A stretch of DNA of 63,465 bases, the filler included, from Globobulimina sp. (taxonomy: Eukaryota), in NCBI GenBank assembly GCA_003354225.1. It is 33 parts of 33 records of this genome, joined end to end, with 100 filler letters (N's around TTAATTAATTAA, not from the genome) between each part and the next. Parts side by side here need not be neighbours in the genome. Positions count along the whole stretch, not along the records: positions 59,716 to 61,540 come from PIVH01011501.1; positions 61,641 to 63,465 come from PIVH01011502.1; 31 more parts are not named here. One strand, given 5' to 3'. This document shows positions 61,316 through 63,465 of the stretch, piece by piece. Positions within the stretch are counted from its first letter, which is position 1. Each line of letters begins with the position of its first letter. A model generated the notes under the pieces. That model was not told where the DNA came from. It ran no database searches and saw nothing but the letters and a program-made list of their open reading frames with translations. The position numbers were made by a program, and so were the translations under genes.

Positions 61316-61540
61316 AAGATCTGGAATGACAAGTCGTGCGGATATTGTTGATCGCGCAGACAACGATGGAGATATAGCCGGCGCACTGTGGGCTGATGAC
61401 AGCGTTGCTGCGTTAATAAAGATTTTAGAAGATGAGGGGGTATATGATGAGACATTTGTGGTTTTAATGAACGAGCAGGGAATGGGTGCAAAAGGTTCAT
61501 TATATGAGCAGGGAACGCGCATGTTTCAATTTATTCGATT
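61315..61540 (+). CDS. Sulfatase internal fragment, antisense to the annexin ORF extension
   Basis: DDSVAALIKILEDEGVYDETFVVLMNEQG..AKGSLYEQGTRMFQFIR matches the sulfatase consensus DD.VG.L...L...G..D.T.V....D.G...KGSLYEGG.R.P...R. Confidence 0.75.
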
Positions 61541-62301
61541 NNNNNNNNNNNNNNNNNNNNNNNNNNNNNNNNNNNNNNNNNNNNTTAATTAATTAANNNN
61601 NNNNNNNNNNNNNNNNNNNNNNNNNNNNNNNNNNNNNNNNCTGCTGTCCACCGTTGTTTTGATACTGGGAATGGTACTATTTTTAGTGACATTGGAGGAT
61701 GGTTCTGATGAGGATGAGTGCTATACACAGCCGCCTGATGCTGTTGTATTAGAAGAAATATTTGGTGGTGATCGATGGTCCACGGATATTCCAGATCCAT
61801 CAATATATAAAACAGCAGTAAATTAATTAAAGTTTTTTGTGGATTATTAACTGTCCAGTTTCTGAATTATTATTTTATTATTGTGTGGTTTCGACTTTAT
61901 ATTCAAATATTAATCGATAATTCGATATTTTTTGTTTGTATTTAACTAATAATATTATAATTTAATTCCATTGCCAAATTGGATAATTCGTCTGTATAAA
62001 TTATTTTTTTTTATACTTATACACTCTCGCACAAAGCCATGGAAACGGTGCGGAATAAAATATCACCAGATGGATTATCGACAAAAAAAATTGCATGAAA
62101 AATTGCGATTGTGCGAGAGTGAATATTATGTACTTCACAAATGCACTTATTGCACACTTCTAAACACTTCTTTTGTGATTGACTAAGTTTTTTAAAGCTT
62201 TTTGCACCTACCTTAGGCTACATTTAGGAGCAGCACCCCGGTCGAGCCCCTGAAATTCCTGCATTTTTTTACAGTTTTCTTGAAGTAGGAAAATTAGGAT
62301 A

Positions 62302-63465
62302 ATGTCTTCAGCAGTTGATCGATCAAAATTACATTGGTGCACTGAAGAAATACCAATAGGATCAAAGTATTTTTTAGAATTTGGGCAATCATTTACCGAA
62401 GCCAGGTTTTTAGGATCATTACAACGCGAAGGCTCATGGATTGGCGCATTACCATTAATACCAACAGATAGATTCGACATATCTCGTTTACAATATTTGG
62501 TGCCAACATTACGTTATTTTAATATAAAAACGTTTGACTTAAATGAAATCGAGCAAGAATTATTAACATTTTCCCAATATTTATTACAACCATATCATGC
62601 ATTTATTAATTTATTTACAAATTTTGATTTTTGTGATGAAACTGAGTATATTCCATTCAATAACAAATATAACACATCATTGCCATTGTACACCGGCAAA
62701 ATTATAAATAGGCGTTTAATAAACGCAATAAGTGAGTTAATAATAAATGACAAATTAAATTCATTGACAATCTGTGAAGATGTAAGTCGAACTGGTATTG
62801 GTTTACGATGTCTATATCCAAAGCAATACAATTCAGTACAACACAGATTTGTAATTCGTGCAACTGTCTCATTCACATATCCTGGCAATTATATATTGGA
62901 AAATGACGCATTTGATATTTTATTGCAGGATGAAACATGGTCGCAGTATGTGCATAACATCCAAACTAAATTAATTGACAAAGAATTGATCCCCACGCAA
63001 CAAGAAAAGCTATGGACACAATTATTAATCGACCCCAACAGCGCACAGTCGGCATCATCCAGTGATGAATCTGACGCTGATATTGATTACAAAATGCGTC
63101 GCATCTCTGACTATGATCAGCATCGTCAAAAAATAAAAAATAAAAAATATTTCACCCCATTTATAATATACGATTTCTCGCAAAATAGATATTCTTCAAA
63201 CGATAATAATTTCAATTATAATGACATTGTTTCTGCCATATCCCACTCATCCACACAAGCCGCAAAATGTGCAAATATGCAAAGAGCATTTACTGACAAA
63301 ATTAGTCAATGTCAAGTGTTTATGGTGTTATCTAAAAACGATTATGATACTAAACCAACTGCGTATGTGTACAGATTGAATATATTGAAAACAAAAGATA
63401 TTAATTTGTATATTAAACAGTTGAATCAAAATGAACAGGAACACAAACAAAATGAAGAGGAGTGT
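62302..63465 (+). CDS. Hypothetical protein, 3' partial (not in ORF track)
   Basis: ATG at 62302 (MSSAVDRSKLHW...), with the frame appearing open to the window end. Confidence 0.65.
   Translation, partial: MSSAVDRSKLHWCTEEIPIGSKYFLEFGQSFTEARFLGSLQREGSWIGALPLIPTDRFDISRLQYLVPTLRYFNIKTFDLNEIEQELLTFSQYLLQPYHAFINLFTNFDFCDETEYIPFNNKYNTSLPLYTGKIINRRLINAISELIINDKLNSLTICEDVSRTGIGLRCLYPKQYNSVQHRFVIRATVSFTYPGNYILENDAFDILLQDETWSQYVHNIQTKLIDKELIPTQQEKLWTQLLIDPNSAQSASSSDESDADIDYKMRRISDYDQHRQKIKNKKYFTPFIIYDFSQNRYSSNDNNFNYNDIVSAISHSSTQAAKCANMQRAFTDKISQCQVFMVLSKNDYDTKPTAYVYRLNILKTKDINLYIKQLNQNEQEHKQNEEEC

Noticed and set aside
1829-61640. Regularly spaced TTAATTAATTAA as a CRISPR-like or biological repeat
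   Set aside because: It is embedded in N runs at fixed geometry and is an artificial joiner. ORF-track proteins ending in X...LIN are linker artefacts.

Overview
This window is not one locus. It is 33 unrelated contigs of about 1.83 kb, sorted by decreasing length and joined by an artificial 100-nt linker (44 N + TTAATTAATTAA + 44 N), so adjacency across linkers carries no biological meaning. Most contigs come from an AT-rich eukaryote using the standard code with short GT-AG introns (mostly about 60-80 nt). Gene style (kelch proteins, Asn-rich low-complexity tracts) suggests a foraminiferan or other rhizarian protist, which is an inference. Recognisable genes: HSBP1 (3 exons, missed by the ORF track), NAGLU, HGSNAT, a POT/PTR transporter, a TMPPE-like phosphoesterase, Rab8, an M12B metalloprotease, an aldo-keto reductase, a TBC RabGAP, a mono-ADP-ribosyltransferase PARP, a CDPK, an ABCG transporter, an Arf-like GTPase, bromodomain proteins, an annexin and a CR1-type LINE reverse transcriptase. 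The strongest candidate for an undescribed system is one uninterrupted ORF (33093-34583, minus strand) joining a voltage-sensing domain with a 6-Arg S4 to the C-terminal half of a K+-dependent Na+/Ca2+ exchanger (NCKX/SLC24), i.e. a possible voltage-gated Ca2+ exchanger. Other odd architectures are a Cys-less P450 fused to CCCH zinc fingers, an NPF-motif region spliced to an atypical bromodomain, and a kinase-EF4-PH CDPK. Several contigs look chimeric or contaminated, so every fusion needs read or transcript confirmation. All family assignments come from motifs read by eye; no database searches were run.
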